A DNA stretch of 64,000 nt, from NCBI GenBank assembly GCA_021613535.1, contig CP075497.1, forward strand, positions 1,798,001-1,862,000, in the 5' to 3' direction. The position numbers were made by a program, and so were the translations under genes. Shown here piece by piece: positions 1 to 14,497 of the stretch; position 1 is the first letter of the stretch, and each line of letters opens with the position of its first letter. Origin of the DNA: Adineta vaga. Its lineage: Eukaryota; Animalia; Rotifera. A model generated the notes under the pieces. That model searched no databases and was not told where the DNA came from. It was given only the letters and a program-made list of their open reading frames with translations.

Positions 1-264
1 ATTCTAATTCATTATCGATTTCTCTCAAATAACAAAATAAATAAATTCGATAGATTTGCGGCATCTGTCGATAGTTACCTTTGAAATCATGGTAACCATA
101 TACAGCATCTCCTAGGTATATGAACGTGTAAATGGCATCGATAAAATGTTCTTTTCTTTTCATGAATCATTTATATATCAATCTAATAGAATTTCTGATT
201 GCTTATTTCTGGTTAATTAATTTTGTCATTTACATGTCTTTTTTTCTTCTCTAGTTATAAACTA

Positions 265-3200
265 ATGGCAGATATTTCACTCACTAGTAGATCTCATGAA
301 CAAATGGAAAATTCTACTAGTGATGTAATGTCAATAGGTAAAATTAAATATTCCAAGTCAAGGTTGAACAATTCTCTTTTTAGTCATTGAAAATAACAAT
401 TCTACAAATAAATTAAATGAAATTTCAACTGTATCAATCGGCGTTGGTCCAGATGAAACTTTACCAATTGAAGAATATGTAAGTTTTTAAAGAAAAGAAT
501 TTAAGAAGAATTTTGTTTCTATCGATAGACATATGTCGGTGATATTTATGATGAAAAAAAACATGGTAAAGGTATTTTATCTTATTCCGATGGTCGAAAA
601 TATACAGGTGCTTTTTTTGCTGATCGACGTCATGGTTTTGGTATATTTCATACACCAAATATATCAGAATTCAAGGTTTTATATTCAAAGCAACATCTTC
701 ATTTTATTTTTGAACTTTTTCTTTTAGGGTTTGTATTGTCATGATGAAAGATTCGGTCCTGGAATTTTACTTTATCAAAAACTTCAAAGTGCAGATGTTG
801 GCTTATGGTTAAGTGAAGATCTTATTCGTTTATTATATCCACATCCAAAATTAATATTAGATATTCATATAACTGAAAAACGAACTTCAAATTCTTTTTC
901 ATCACAAACACTTTCATGGTATTCTTCCGAAGAATTACTTCGAACTGTAACAGATTTTCATTTTCTCTTACATAAAAAATCTCCATTACGTTTCTTTCAA
1001 CAAATTTCAACTGATAAAACATTCTTATCTCGTTATGTCAATGAACATAGCGAAGGTATGAACGAAGCTTTGCTTCCTAAACGAAAAGAATTAGATGCTT
1101 ATCTCTCAAGTATTGATGAAAATGTCCTTTCAACTGAACGAATAACTGATATTTCTTCTCCAAATGAAACATATGAACAACAACGATTGTATAATTATTT
1201 AAATAAATTTTGGCCATTAAAACAACGAGCATCATTTCCAATCGATGATATTATAACAAGTAATTGAACTTTCTGGAACGAATCATTATGTTTTCATTTC
1301 TTCTTAGATACTCGTTCTTCCTTTCCAAATCCTGGTCCATTAGAAAATGCTTCTTTAAATCTTTTTGAATTATCTTATTATGGTTATGAAAAAGAAGTTC
1401 GTCAGTTGCTCATACAACGGTTCGTTTATGTCGATGTTTGTGATTCTCAAGGTTTAACAGCTTTACATTTTGCAACTTATCAACTTCATTTAAATATTCT
1501 CAATACATTGTTGGATTTTGGTGCAAATGTTAATCAATTATCGGATGAAAATTTAACTCCATTGATGATTTCATGTCTTCTTTATTATGGAAATGATTAT
1601 TTACAAACGATTAATCTCGCATTAGAACATAAAGATCCTTCGATACCAAATCCTCGAGTTTTACTTTCGAAAGATAAAAATGGTCTAACAATATTCAAAC
1701 AAGAACCGATCGATATTATAATCGATGAAATGAAATTACCAGAAACATTAGAAACAATGAAAATTCATGATTCGGAGAGAAATAGTAAGACATAATCGAA
1801 TCAATTAATCTTACTTTCTTAAATCTTCTAGATTCATATGGATTTCACTTAACAGATAATCTTCGTGAATGTATACGTGATGCACAATATCGTGAACGTG
1901 TTTACTCAGTTATTGTGTACGAAATTCTTTTTGGTTAAAAAGACACTTTTTTAGTATATTTAAAATTAATTTAGTCTTCTTCTTCGTCGTGGTGCTGATC
2001 CATCTTATAGTGATTGGCCTTTACCGGTTCTTGCTTTAGCTATTCGTGCTGGAGATAAACAAATCGTTGAATTATTATTAAAGAAACGAGCGAATGTAAA
2101 TTGTCGATTAGATTCCATTCGTCATTCGAGTCTAACTCCATTACATATTGCTTGTGGTTGTTTATCATCGAATGTTGTTGATATTGCTCAATTATTATTA
2201 GAATATGGTGCTGATGTCAATGCAGAATCATTAGCAAATAAGAAAGAATATTATTCACTTATCGATCCACTTATTCTTGAGTTAATTCAAACTGTATATC
2301 AATTTCACTTTCATATTCACATTGAAACTTGTTTTTTGTTTGTAAATTTAGATGGAAGTTCCACAGAACGGTCGAACACCATTGCATATTGCTTGTACTC
2401 GTGAACGATCGGAAGAAACATTAAATCTCGTTCGACTTCTTCTTCATTATCAAGCAAATCCAAATGCGATTTGTAATGGTCAAACTGCACTTAGTCTTGC
2501 AATTGCATTTGGTAATGAATCATTAGTTGATTTACTTCTCAATCATGAAAATACTGATCCATCAACTGTACTTGGTTTTGGAAATGGAAATGCATTATGT
2601 ATGCTTTTATCAACATTTTATGAATCATGTTGGTCGTATTCGAAACGAATACAATTAGTAATGAAGAAGAATGTCCTTCTTTTTTTTCTTGTCAAAACTT
2701 TTCCCTTTTATTTAGATCGAACGTCTTATTCTGAAAAATCCAAAAGTTCTTTATCCTGTACGATTCGGACCGAAAAATCATCTTGGTTCATGTGTAGATT
2801 ATGGTTATTATATGTTTTTTGCTGTAAGAAAATGCAAAATTATTTTCTTGATCTTTGTTTTTTTCTGGTAATTTTAAGGATACTCGAATTGCTCAATCTC
2901 CATATCATTCATTAACGAATCAAGAACGTGTGATAATAAATCAAAGAAAAGAATTACTTGCTTACATTGCCAAACGATTTCGAGAAGAAGTGACGAAATA
3001 TGATGGATTTTTACGATTAACTCCATCAGGTTAATATCATCATCGAAATTCTTGCGAAAGATTTTCTTCTCTTTTTCAATAGACGGTTCAAATTCAGCTC
3101 GTTTAAGTTCTCAAGAATTTCGATTTTGTGCAACATGTGGTCGAAATATTGGTGTTCGTCTTTCGGTTTGTAAACGATGTCAAAAAGCATCGTTTTGTTC

Positions 3201-3600
3201 GAAAACATGTATTGTTAATGGATGGAACAATTTTCATCGATATGAATGTCGACAATTATCACCAAGACCACGTAGGAAACATCTTTTCTGCAATATTCTA
3301 ATTGACTTTTCTCTTTTAGATACGACAGGAAGAAACAAAGTTTGTTATGTGAATTTTGATTTGATTGATCTGTTCTTTTTTTTTTAGAATTTAACAAAAT
3401 CGGAGAATGTTTTATTGAAAGATGGAAGTTCGCTTTTGAAAAATACAACTCGTACAAATGAAAATAATCGTTTACCTCCATTATCGAAGATCTTACGACA
3501 AAATCGCTTGAAAAAACGAATAAAATCAGCTTCCTTAGAAGGAATCGAATTATCTTGGAATTCAACTTATAATGCACCGGAAAACTACAGTTTTAATTAA
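265..3600 (+). CDS. ANKMY1: Ankyrin repeat and MYND domain-containing protein 1-like (MORN + ankyrin + MYND), multi-exon
   Basis: MORN-like repeats at the N-terminus (RFGPGILLY), several ankyrin repeats (GLTALHFA, GRTPLHIAC, GQTALSLA) and a C-terminal MYND finger (CATC..CKRC..FCSKTC..HRYEC). ORF pieces are separated by short GT-AG introns. The ATG at 265 was picked by eye. Confidence 0.85.
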
Positions 3601-3714
3601 AGCATTTTTTATGAATTTGCATTTTTTTTCATTTATTTCATCAATTGGTTAAATTTATTTATTTTTGATAACTATATAAATTTTCTTCTCTAAAACAAAT
3701 ATGAATCGAAGATG

Positions 3715-5894
3715 TTATTCTTGTTCATCCTCGACAAGTAATTCAATTCCATGTTGATTCCAAGGTTGTTCATTTCCATCGAAAAAAATACAATAAAACA
3801 AACATCCAAAAAGTCCAATACCAGCTGATAAATCAAAAATTAATTTCCACGCATGAACTGTTTGCTAAACAAAATCAAATCAAATCAATTTACTGAAAAA
3901 ACAAAACAAACAAATTCTTCTCACATTATTATTTGTTATTGCTCCAACAACATAAGGACCAACAAAACCTGGTATAGATGCTAAAGTATTCGTAATACCA
4001 ACAAGTGTTCCTAAAATAGATCTCTTACATTTACAATCAAACAATGCATATCTTAGAAACTTTACCTGCGTAGTTACTTGCAATATCTAGATGTGATATT
4101 TGACAACCACTTGAATGAAATCCAATAAATGCTACAGCTAATGTAATGCAAATCATTGCTCCTGTTTTACTACATCCAACATAACCAATAAGTACCAGAA
4201 ATAATGATGAACCAACTCCACCTATTCGTTTTTAAGGAAATTTATTTAAGAACAAAAAAACCGAGAAGAAAAATCTATTTTTTTACCAATAATTGTCTGT
4301 AATTTTCGTACAGCTGTTGTTGACATGATTTTTCGTGCTCGTAATCGATCAGCTATTTGTCCACTAATAACAATAACAATCATCATAAAAACATACGGAA
4401 TTGCAAACATTAAACCATTCTAATTGAAACAAAATCTTTATAAATATGAAAAGAAAAACAAAAAACTTACTTTTTGTAAATTAAATTTTAATATTGTTGC
4501 AAAATACGTTGGTAGAGATGTTAATAAAACATAATAAACAAATTGAATACAAGTTGAAGCAACAGCAATTGACCAAAATGGAACGGATTTACAAATATCC
4601 ATCCATGGAGTTACCAACTACAAAAAAAAATGAACTTGTGATTTAAACAAACAAAAACAAACCTTTTTAGGTTTCGGAAGACATGATATCAGATAATTGC
4701 GTTCTTGTTCAGAACATCGTGGATGTTGTGAAGGACTATTATAAGCAAAGAAACACCAGAATACGAACCATATACATGTAATGATACCTTTTAAATCAAT
4801 GGCAATATATTTTTCTCTTCGAAATCTTTTAATTTCATACCGAAAACATAAAATGCTGCTGGCCAACCACCTAGAAAGTTTGAAGCACAAAGAATTCCAG
4901 CTAATGGCGTCGTTACAATAACACCAACTTCTTTTCCTAAGATCAAAAAATTTTTATTTTTTCTGAATATTTTTTTCTAATAAATATTTACCAGCATGAG
5001 CAATCGGTGGTATAATACTTCTTTCTAATGGAGGAACCCATTGACCCCATAATGCACCTGTACTTGGAAATGCTGGACCCTTGGAAAAGAAAAATAATAA
5101 ACATAAATGAAGTTGTATAAACAAATGAATATTTTTACTTCGAAAATACCAGTAAGAATACGAATAGCAATCAGAAGTCCAACATGAGTTTTCGCTGCAA
5201 TTGGTGCAAGTAATGTAAGAATTCCAGCACCTAAAAGACCACAACCAAATATCCATTTTGCACCAAATCGTTCAGCTAATATTCCTATTAACAAAAGAAC
5301 AACACCTCAATATTAAATGATTGAACTTTTCTCTCTTTCTTTTCTAACCTCCAATAAATTGCGAAAGAATATAACCATAAAAAAAAGAACCTAAAACATA
5401 ACCTTGAGTTTTCGGATCCCAATCGAATTCTCCATGCTAAAAACAAACCAATATATCACCATGTTGACTTTTAAAACTCATAAAAAGAAAAGTAAAACCT
5501 TCTGTGGTGTACTACTCGAATCATTCGTATCCGATGGACATGCATCTGCTGATTGATTTTTCAGACTTTGTGGTGTAGTCATAGCCACAATAGCTACTGA
5601 TAAATTCACACGAAGCATATACAAACAAAGAAATCCAAAAAATGTCCATCCAGCTACCACTGAAATTCAACAAGACAACATTTGTTTTTTGTGGCAAAAG
5701 AAAAAGAAACTTTTCGTTCTGAACAAACCATATCTAGCATATATTCGACGATACCATGGTTCATATTTACTCATATCATCCATATCTGTATATCCTAACA
5801 ATGGTTTTTGATCTAAGATTGCATCAATTGTTTCAGCATTTTCATCATATAACAAAGCAGATGTGCTTCGACGTGTATTCGGCTGAGAAAGCAT
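3715..5894 (-). CDS. SLC17 family (sialin-like) MFS anion transporter, multi-exon
   Basis: [75 protein letters not shown]. Stop TAA at 3715-3717. Confidence 0.9.
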
Positions 5895-6119
5895 CTTATC
5901 TTCCCAATATTCTTAACAAAGAATAACAAAAATAAACACGAAACCATCACTGAAGTTGTAATAGTGACAGATAAATAAATATAATGCGCATGTCTTTTTG
6001 TTATCATCAAGTATTACAAAGCGAAATCATTTGTTTTTTAATTTATTCATAAATGAGAATTTCATCGACTTAATTTGTATATTTTCAGTAACAAATACAA
6101 ACAAAAAAACGAAGAATTC

Positions 6120-7287
6120 TTAAAGCTTTACAATATAAACACTCATATTATCTGTACTCTGACGACGAAGACATTCATCTAATAATTGAGCAGCAATATC
6201 TTCCAATTTTGTTGTTGACATATGTTCAACAACAAATGATGCAACATCTGAATTTGTCATTACATCCCAAACTCCATCACATGCAAGAACAATAAATGCT
6301 GCTGTTGAATCTCTTGGATATTCGACAATATCTGCCATTGGTGGAACAATATGTTTATCCATTCCGAAATCTCCTAAGACACGCGTCATTGCTAATTGAT
6401 TTTCCACACGTAAAACATCACCTGGACATGGTTTTGAAATTTTTCCTCCCGCTTCATGAATACGTTCTTGTTCAGCTGGATCATCAGGCTTATGATCTAA
6501 ATTAAACTTGAATGAATAAAAACAAAGATTAATCTCGAGGTTTTCTTACCTTCTGTACAAGCTAAAACATGTCCTTCTTTAGAAAATATAATGGCACGTG
6601 AATCACCAATGTTAATCAAATAGATTTGTTCTGGACCAATTAAACACGTAATCTAAAAGACGAATGAAATATTCGATTTAGATTTATGAAAGAAAAAAGA
6701 CGACGAAGAAACGTACACAAACACAACCACTATCATCTTTAATAAAAGATTTTAAATCTTTATCTAATTGAAAATAGGTTTGTTTAATTGCTGCACGTAA
6801 TTGTATTAGATCAAGTTGAGATGAACGAACTGGTTCACCATTTCTTAAGTTTGTATCATGTTGAGCAAGCATTTGATTTAAAGCATCCAATAAATGAATA
6901 TCAAGATGATCTGCTGCATTTTTTGCTGTATCAAGACCTTTGAATCATTAAAATTGAAGAGAAATTGTTGATAACAATGACATTCTTACCATTATGTCCA
7001 TCAAAAATAGCGAAATACGACCATAATTTCCATGAACGATTATCGAAATTAAGTAAATGTTTATGTTTATCTTCCATTGATGCTCGCCAACCTTGCATTG
7101 CAGCAAAACCAAAATTTGTTCCATTTAAAATCTCTTTTTCTGTATTTGGTTTACTTAAAAAAAGATTCGCTAATTCATCGGCTTCATCTTTATGATTATG
7201 ATGATGACGACGAAGACGAAATAAATGTCGTTTACGATGATGATCACGATTACGTCCGAAAAGTGCTTCTATACCAGCATGTAACAT
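6120..7287 (-). CDS. PP2C/PPM family Ser/Thr phosphatase (PPM1A/B-like), 4 exons
   Basis: AMQGWRASMED, YFAIFDGHNG, NIGDSRA, DHKP, LAMTRVLGD, VLACDGVWDV, STDNMS motifs. Confidence 0.92.
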
Positions 7288-8397
7288 GATTTAGTTTCTA
7301 AAAAAAGACAAATATCTCTGTTTAAATTTAACAGAAAAAAAAGTTTCTTTGCCTTTTTATCGATAGTTTTGAGTGTATGTGACACGATGAGAGAAGCTTT
7401 TTTTCTATATTAATGTATGTTTTGGTATTCGGCATGCTTCCATGTCACGTTTTCTTTTCTTCTTCTCTTTTTTCTTTCTTTTCTCTCGCCGTACGATTAA
7501 ATTACGAGAGGAAAAGGCAAACGAGTGTTGAGCTTGAAAATTCAATGAAGATTAAGGACACGACATTTTCTTTTTATAGTTATATTTTCTTTTGTTTTAT
7601 TCGATATATACGAGACACAAAAGAAAAGATGTTTTACTTTCTTTTTATAATCAATGATTAACTTAATAAATAACTGTCATCTTTCTTGATTTTGTTAAAT
7701 ATAAGTCATCAAAAGAGTCTTTTCTTTTCTTTGCAACTATTTTTTATGATAAACAAGAATATTTTCTTGATCAAATTATCTTAGAGAAGACTTTTATTTT
7801 TATACAAAACTTTTTCCTTGAGAAAAAGAAACAACAACTAATTGATATGCTAATAATAGTGCTGTCTGCTTTTGATTGTCTCCATACAACATAAAACATT
7901 TTGACAAACTTTGATTATCTTCCAGGAAATAATTCTATATCTATACAAAAGAAACGATAATTATTGTCGAAATAAACAAGTTTCTGACAATTTTTCTTAA
8001 TAAGGTCAACATATTCGTGAAAATGAAGAAGAAAAAAAAAGCGACTGTTATTTCAATTTATATTAATAAGCTAAGGTCATATCTGCATATCAAATAGAAA
8101 TCGTTTGCAATTATTCTTTAGATCATGTTTAGCGAAGAAAAGAATAACTGTCATATTTTGATTATCTATTTTTAGATTAATGACTTTTCTTTAGATAAAA
8201 ATCATCATGCGTATATGAATTGTTCGTCATCGTATCGATTTCACTTTTAAGATAAGACGAAACTAAATAACAATAATAAAAATCGTTCTTCCGATTAATC
8301 AGATATATTTTAGTTGTTAGTAATCAAGTTTATCATAATCGATGAATATAAGCAAGAATAAAAAGTATTAAAAAAAAAGAAGAAAGCAAGTTTTCAG

Positions 8398-9573
8398 TTA
8401 TTCTTCATCAGCAATTTTTAAAATTAATTTTCCTTGTGCTTTTCCACTTTTAGATTTTTCATAAAGTGAATAAAGTGCTTCAACACCATCCTTTCTCCAA
8501 TCAAATACTGTATCAATCAATGGTTTAACTTGATCAGTTTCAATATATTTCGTTCGTATATCATCTAAATTTTGATATTTTTGATTAAGAAAATGAAGTA
8601 TATAATTATGATGTGTTGAACCAAAAACCGACCAAAATTTTCGATTGATTAAACTTGAGCCAATTGCAAGAGCTTTAACTGAAATAACAGATTTCGTATC
8701 ATCACCAACAATAGTTACAAATTGTCCACCACGTTTTAAAATTTCTTGTGCAGATGTCCATTGTTCTTGTCCACCAACACAATCATAGACAACATCATAA
8801 TCTTGACCTTTTAATTCTTTTCCAAAATCTTTTTCATTATAATCAATTAGATGTATTTGATTTGAATCGCTATTTGTTTCACTTGTTTTATAACCTAAAA
8901 GAATTTTTTATCCCAAGAAAAAGTTTCGATATAAATTCTTACCAAGTTTTTCAATTAAAGACACATTTCTTTTCGAACATGTTGCTGTTACATGAGCACC
9001 AACTGCTTTTGCTAATTGAATTGCAAATAAACCAGTTGCTGTACTTCCACCACAAATTAAAACTTTACTTCCTGTTCCAACTGGAGGTGAAAATTTTGCA
9101 AATAAAGCTTGATAACTTGTTTCACATGCTAAAGGTACAGCTGCTGCTTCTTCCATTGTTAAATTCTTTGGTTTAATTGCAAATAACGAATGATCACCTC
9201 GAACATATTCCGCATAACTTCCATCGTTCATTCCAAGATTTCCATAAACTTTATCGCCAACTTGAAAACGTTTGACTGATGAACCAATATCAACAATAAC
9301 ACCCGCAACATCTTTTCCCGGAACATGTGGAAAGGAAAATCGAGTAATAAGTGATAAATTTCCATTTAAAGTTTTCCAATCAATTGGATTGATTGAAGCC
9401 GCATGAACACGAACAAGAATTTGATTCGATGATAATTCACGTGGAACAGGAACATTATCAGCAAGTGTTAACACATTTCGTACATCTCCAAAACCATTTT
9501 GTTGAGCCGCTTTCATCACCGATGGAATACCAGACATATTCTTTGAACTATCCGGAACAATTGATTCTGCCAT
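8398..9573 (-). CDS. MDR-superfamily NAD(P)H:quinone oxidoreductase-like protein (RTN4IP1-like), 2 exons
   Basis: VRVHAASINPIDWK, PGKDVAGV, GSYAEY, EAAAVPLA, VLICGGSTATG. C-terminal exon ends GKAQGKLILKIADEE*. Confidence 0.88.
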
Positions 9574-9751
9574 AGGAACGCTTAAGGAGAAGATTTATGA
9601 AAATATCTTCGAAAAAAAAACAAAAGTGAAGATCATTTTCTAGAATTGAATATAAATGATTTATTTATATAACGTAGATCTATATAATATGAGAGAAAAA
9701 TTTAACAGAAAGAAAGATTGTTTATTTGTATCACGATGATTGAAAGGCTAA

Positions 9752-10411
9752 TTAATCATTTTTCACATTGCGTCGTTGTGTTAAATAGAAAAAAACACTG
9801 AAGACGACAGTTAGTGTTAATGATATACCAAGAAATGTTCCAAATGGAAATTGTCCATGTCTTAAACATTTATAACCATAATAATCTTGTTTACATAAAC
9901 AAAGAAAATGATTTGGTCCATTTAATGTACAATAAGAGTTCGATTCTGGACAAAGATTTGTCGAATTTTCACAGAAATCTTTTTGATTCATACAAACAAA
10001 TCCCGAAGGATCAATTGTTTTATTAATCATTTGCCAAATAGATTTACCACCTGGACAAGAATATTGATCAGGTAAATAAAGTGTTTTAAGTGATTTCATT
10101 CCAAGAAAATCTTCATTTTCAAACTGTTTTAAATGAATATTTAATCGAAGATCAATCAAACTAACATTAATTAAATTCTTATATTCATTCAAATTCGGTA
10201 TTTTAACTAAATCTAATTCAGTTAAATCAATTGCAATGATATCAATGGAATTCAATGAATAACAACATCGAGATTTTAATAAACCTCCATATGATGCACA
10301 ATAATCAATAACTGATTGACTTGTTGCATTTCTATCAACACAAAAATCTTGAAATATCAATTGACTATGAATAGAAATTAGAAATGTATTCAATATGAGA
10401 AATTTAATCAT
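9752..10411 (-). CDS. ATRAID: ATRAID/APR3-like type I membrane protein (signal peptide, LRR-like, EGF, TM)
   Basis: Signal peptide, RCC..IIAIDL, LRR-like segment, CPGG..W, EGF domain (NGPNHFLCLC...YGYKCLR), TM helix and short TQRR tail. Intronless ORF. Confidence 0.8.
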   Translation of the reverse strand: MIKFLILNTFLISIHSQLIFQDFCVDRNATSQSVIDYCASYGGLLKSRCCYSLNSIDIIAIDLTELDLVKIPNLNEYKNLINVSLIDLRLNIHLKQFENEDFLGMKSLKTLYLPDQYSCPGGKSIWQMINKTIDPSGFVCMNQKDFCENSTNLCPESNSYCTLNGPNHFLCLCKQDYYGYKCLRHGQFPFGTFLGISLTLTVVFSVFFYLTQRRNVKND

Positions 10412-10748
10412 CTGAAGTTATAAGAATAAATGACAATATTCATTGAGATAAATTTTATGTTTGTTTTTCTTTTAAAACTGTACACAACAACAAAAAAAGA
10501 TAAAATGTCACAACAAATAGAAGAGTTGTTTTTTTCTCTGTTTAAAATACATCTGATTATCAATAAACTTCAATTCTCTGTTATTTGATTAAACAATATC
10601 AAACACAAAAGTTTTGCTTTTTTGATTAAACAACAACAACAACAACAACAACAAGAATAACAACATCAAGAAATAAAATATCGAACAACAAACTCTCCGC
10701 TTTCATTCTCGTTTGACTAGATAATTGAATGATTGTTTAAGTTGACGA

Positions 10749-12628
<1,880 letters not shown>

Positions 12629-13144
12629 CGAGTTTCTTTTTATTCTAAAAGCATTATTAAATATGATGAAGAAAAACTGGAGATGTTATTATGCGAGAAA
12701 AGTATTGCCTAGAAGAAAGCATAATGATACTCTTTGGAATATGTGAATAGAAAGAACGGAATCCATCTCCCACGTCTCGATCTACGAACAGTAAAAACAA
12801 CAATTCTCGTTCATTTTTTCTTTTCTCTTCCTTTCCTTTTTCTTTATCCTCAATTGCATTTCCAATAATTTTGTTGGTCTGGCCATCTTGGTTTTCTTTC
12901 TCTTAGCCTCTACCAATAATAATCATCGAAATAAAAAATCAAATAAAAACAATTTCATCAATTGAATTTTCTTTCCAATGTAATTTATTTTTATTCATCG
13001 TGACTAATTTATCTGTTCGTTTTTAAAATCGGCAATCCAAAAAAATCATATATTTCGCATACATGTAGAAGTCGAAAAGACGTTTCAACTATTCAACTAG
13101 TAAATTTAGAGTTCGAATATTTGATTTTTCAACTTTTCACCTTG

Positions 13145-13451
13145 CCAGGTCAATAAATCCGATGACGGATCCAATAAAACCGACGAAATCCGAAAAAAAA
13201 CCTGGATTCAAAGTTTTCATTGGTTCTGACGGAAATAATCTGTTTTCTCAACATTTAATTTCATGTCGAATGAGCTGGTTCTATGGAACACATTGCAAGG
13301 CTGTCGGATCCAGTCATCGGTTACCATTCGATAATTTGTAGGATATAATAGGATTCTTCCCGTTGGAACCGATAAGAATTCCGAAACCTGAACTCTTGTC
13401 GGAAATGCAAGTTAGTCCGATCGGATCCAAATATCGGATAGTTTGACCTGA
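13145..13451. mobile_element. MITE-like element with imperfect terminal inverted repeats
   Basis: Left end CCAGGTCAATAAATCCGAT pairs imperfectly with right end ATCGGATAGTTTGACCTGA. The interior is rich in TCCGA/TCGGA subrepeats. A related end (TTTGACCTGG) recurs at ~14099-14108. Confidence 0.6.
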
Positions 13452-13939
13452 GTTTTAATTTGAAAGGGTGTTGAAGGAAGCAAAAGCAAACGATGTTGCT
13501 TCCGACTGCGTTCCGTCGGTAGGAACAAATAACGTTCTACGTAGGATAAGAAAACAGTCCGATCCATCACCATATGGGAAGTACTTCGGTTACATATTAT
13601 AATTCAGATATGATTAATAAAATTCAACTATGAGAAACTTATATTCGTTAATTTGAATCAATTTATTCATATTTCTTCGAGATTCATCAAGAAAAATTTA
13701 TTATAATTCATCAAAAAATTCGTCATGATTCAAGGGAATTCTTTGACAAAAAAACAGAATATGAATAAACTGATAGGAAAACTTCAGTCTTTTTTATAAT
13801 AATTGCCTGGATTCTAGGAAGGAAATCCAGGCCCATTTACATACGATATGTATTCGAATACTTTTTCTCTTCTTCTGCTCTCTCTCTCTCTGTGTATATA
13901 TATATAGACATTAACGTTTACTTTTTTTTAGTTCATTTG

Positions 13940-14108
13940 CCTACGAATCATGTCGAACGTTCCGGTGTCCGGATCCCACGAGAACCTGCAGGAAATCGTT
14001 CGAACATGGAAGCAGTATTCCGAACGCAAGTTTTCGGATTTTTTCCCGTGAATTCCAATCGATTTCTGATACTTACCTACCGGAACCAGCCAGTATTGTT
14101 TGACCTGG
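13940..14108. mobile_element. Truncated second copy of a related MITE-like repeat
   Basis: GC-richer tract with TTCCG/CGGA subrepeats ending in TTTGACCTGG, the same terminus as the 13145-13451 element. Confidence 0.45.
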
Positions 14109-14110
14109 AG

Positions 14111-14400
14111 ATGAATCAACAAGTATATGAAGTTAGCGTAAGTCGACAGTACTTAATAAAACAGAAAATATCTAGATTTCTTTTCTTTTTAGCGACAGGA
14201 CGTACGGGTGGTGAAGAGCGGCATGATCTGTAGCGGTTGTCCGGTGGTACTCATCATCTCGCAGGTCGCTATCCGTATTGAAGACAACCTAGGTGATCTT
14301 TATGTAAATATTAAAATCTACGCTTGTTTAACTTAACCTCGATTTTCTTTTTTTTTTCTAGTATTACCACTCCAGTTGTGTACCACCCGTGCCGACGTAA
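14111..14400 (+). CDS. Putative 58-aa CxxC-x23-HxxC zinc-finger microprotein, 3 exons
   Basis: Exons 14111-14137, 14193-14303 and 14362-14400 are joined by 55- and 58-bp GT-AG phase-0 introns. Product: MNQQVYEVSRQDVRVVKSGMICSGCPVVLIISQVAIRIEDNLGDLYYYHSSCVPPVPT*. Confidence 0.55.
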
Positions 14401-14497
14401 ACGTTTTTGTTTCTGTTTCTGTCTGCGTCCTTTTGTTCATGTCTTTCTTTGTTTGTTGGTTTGCTGGTCGTTTTCTTCTCCTTTGTCTTGTGTGTTT

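Noticed and set aside
8748-9176. Antisense and alternative-frame ORFs from the ORF track (e.g. 8748-9176, 21653-21955, 53704-54126, 56955-57173)
   Set aside because: They are shadows of real genes on the opposite strand or frame, with no independent motifs.
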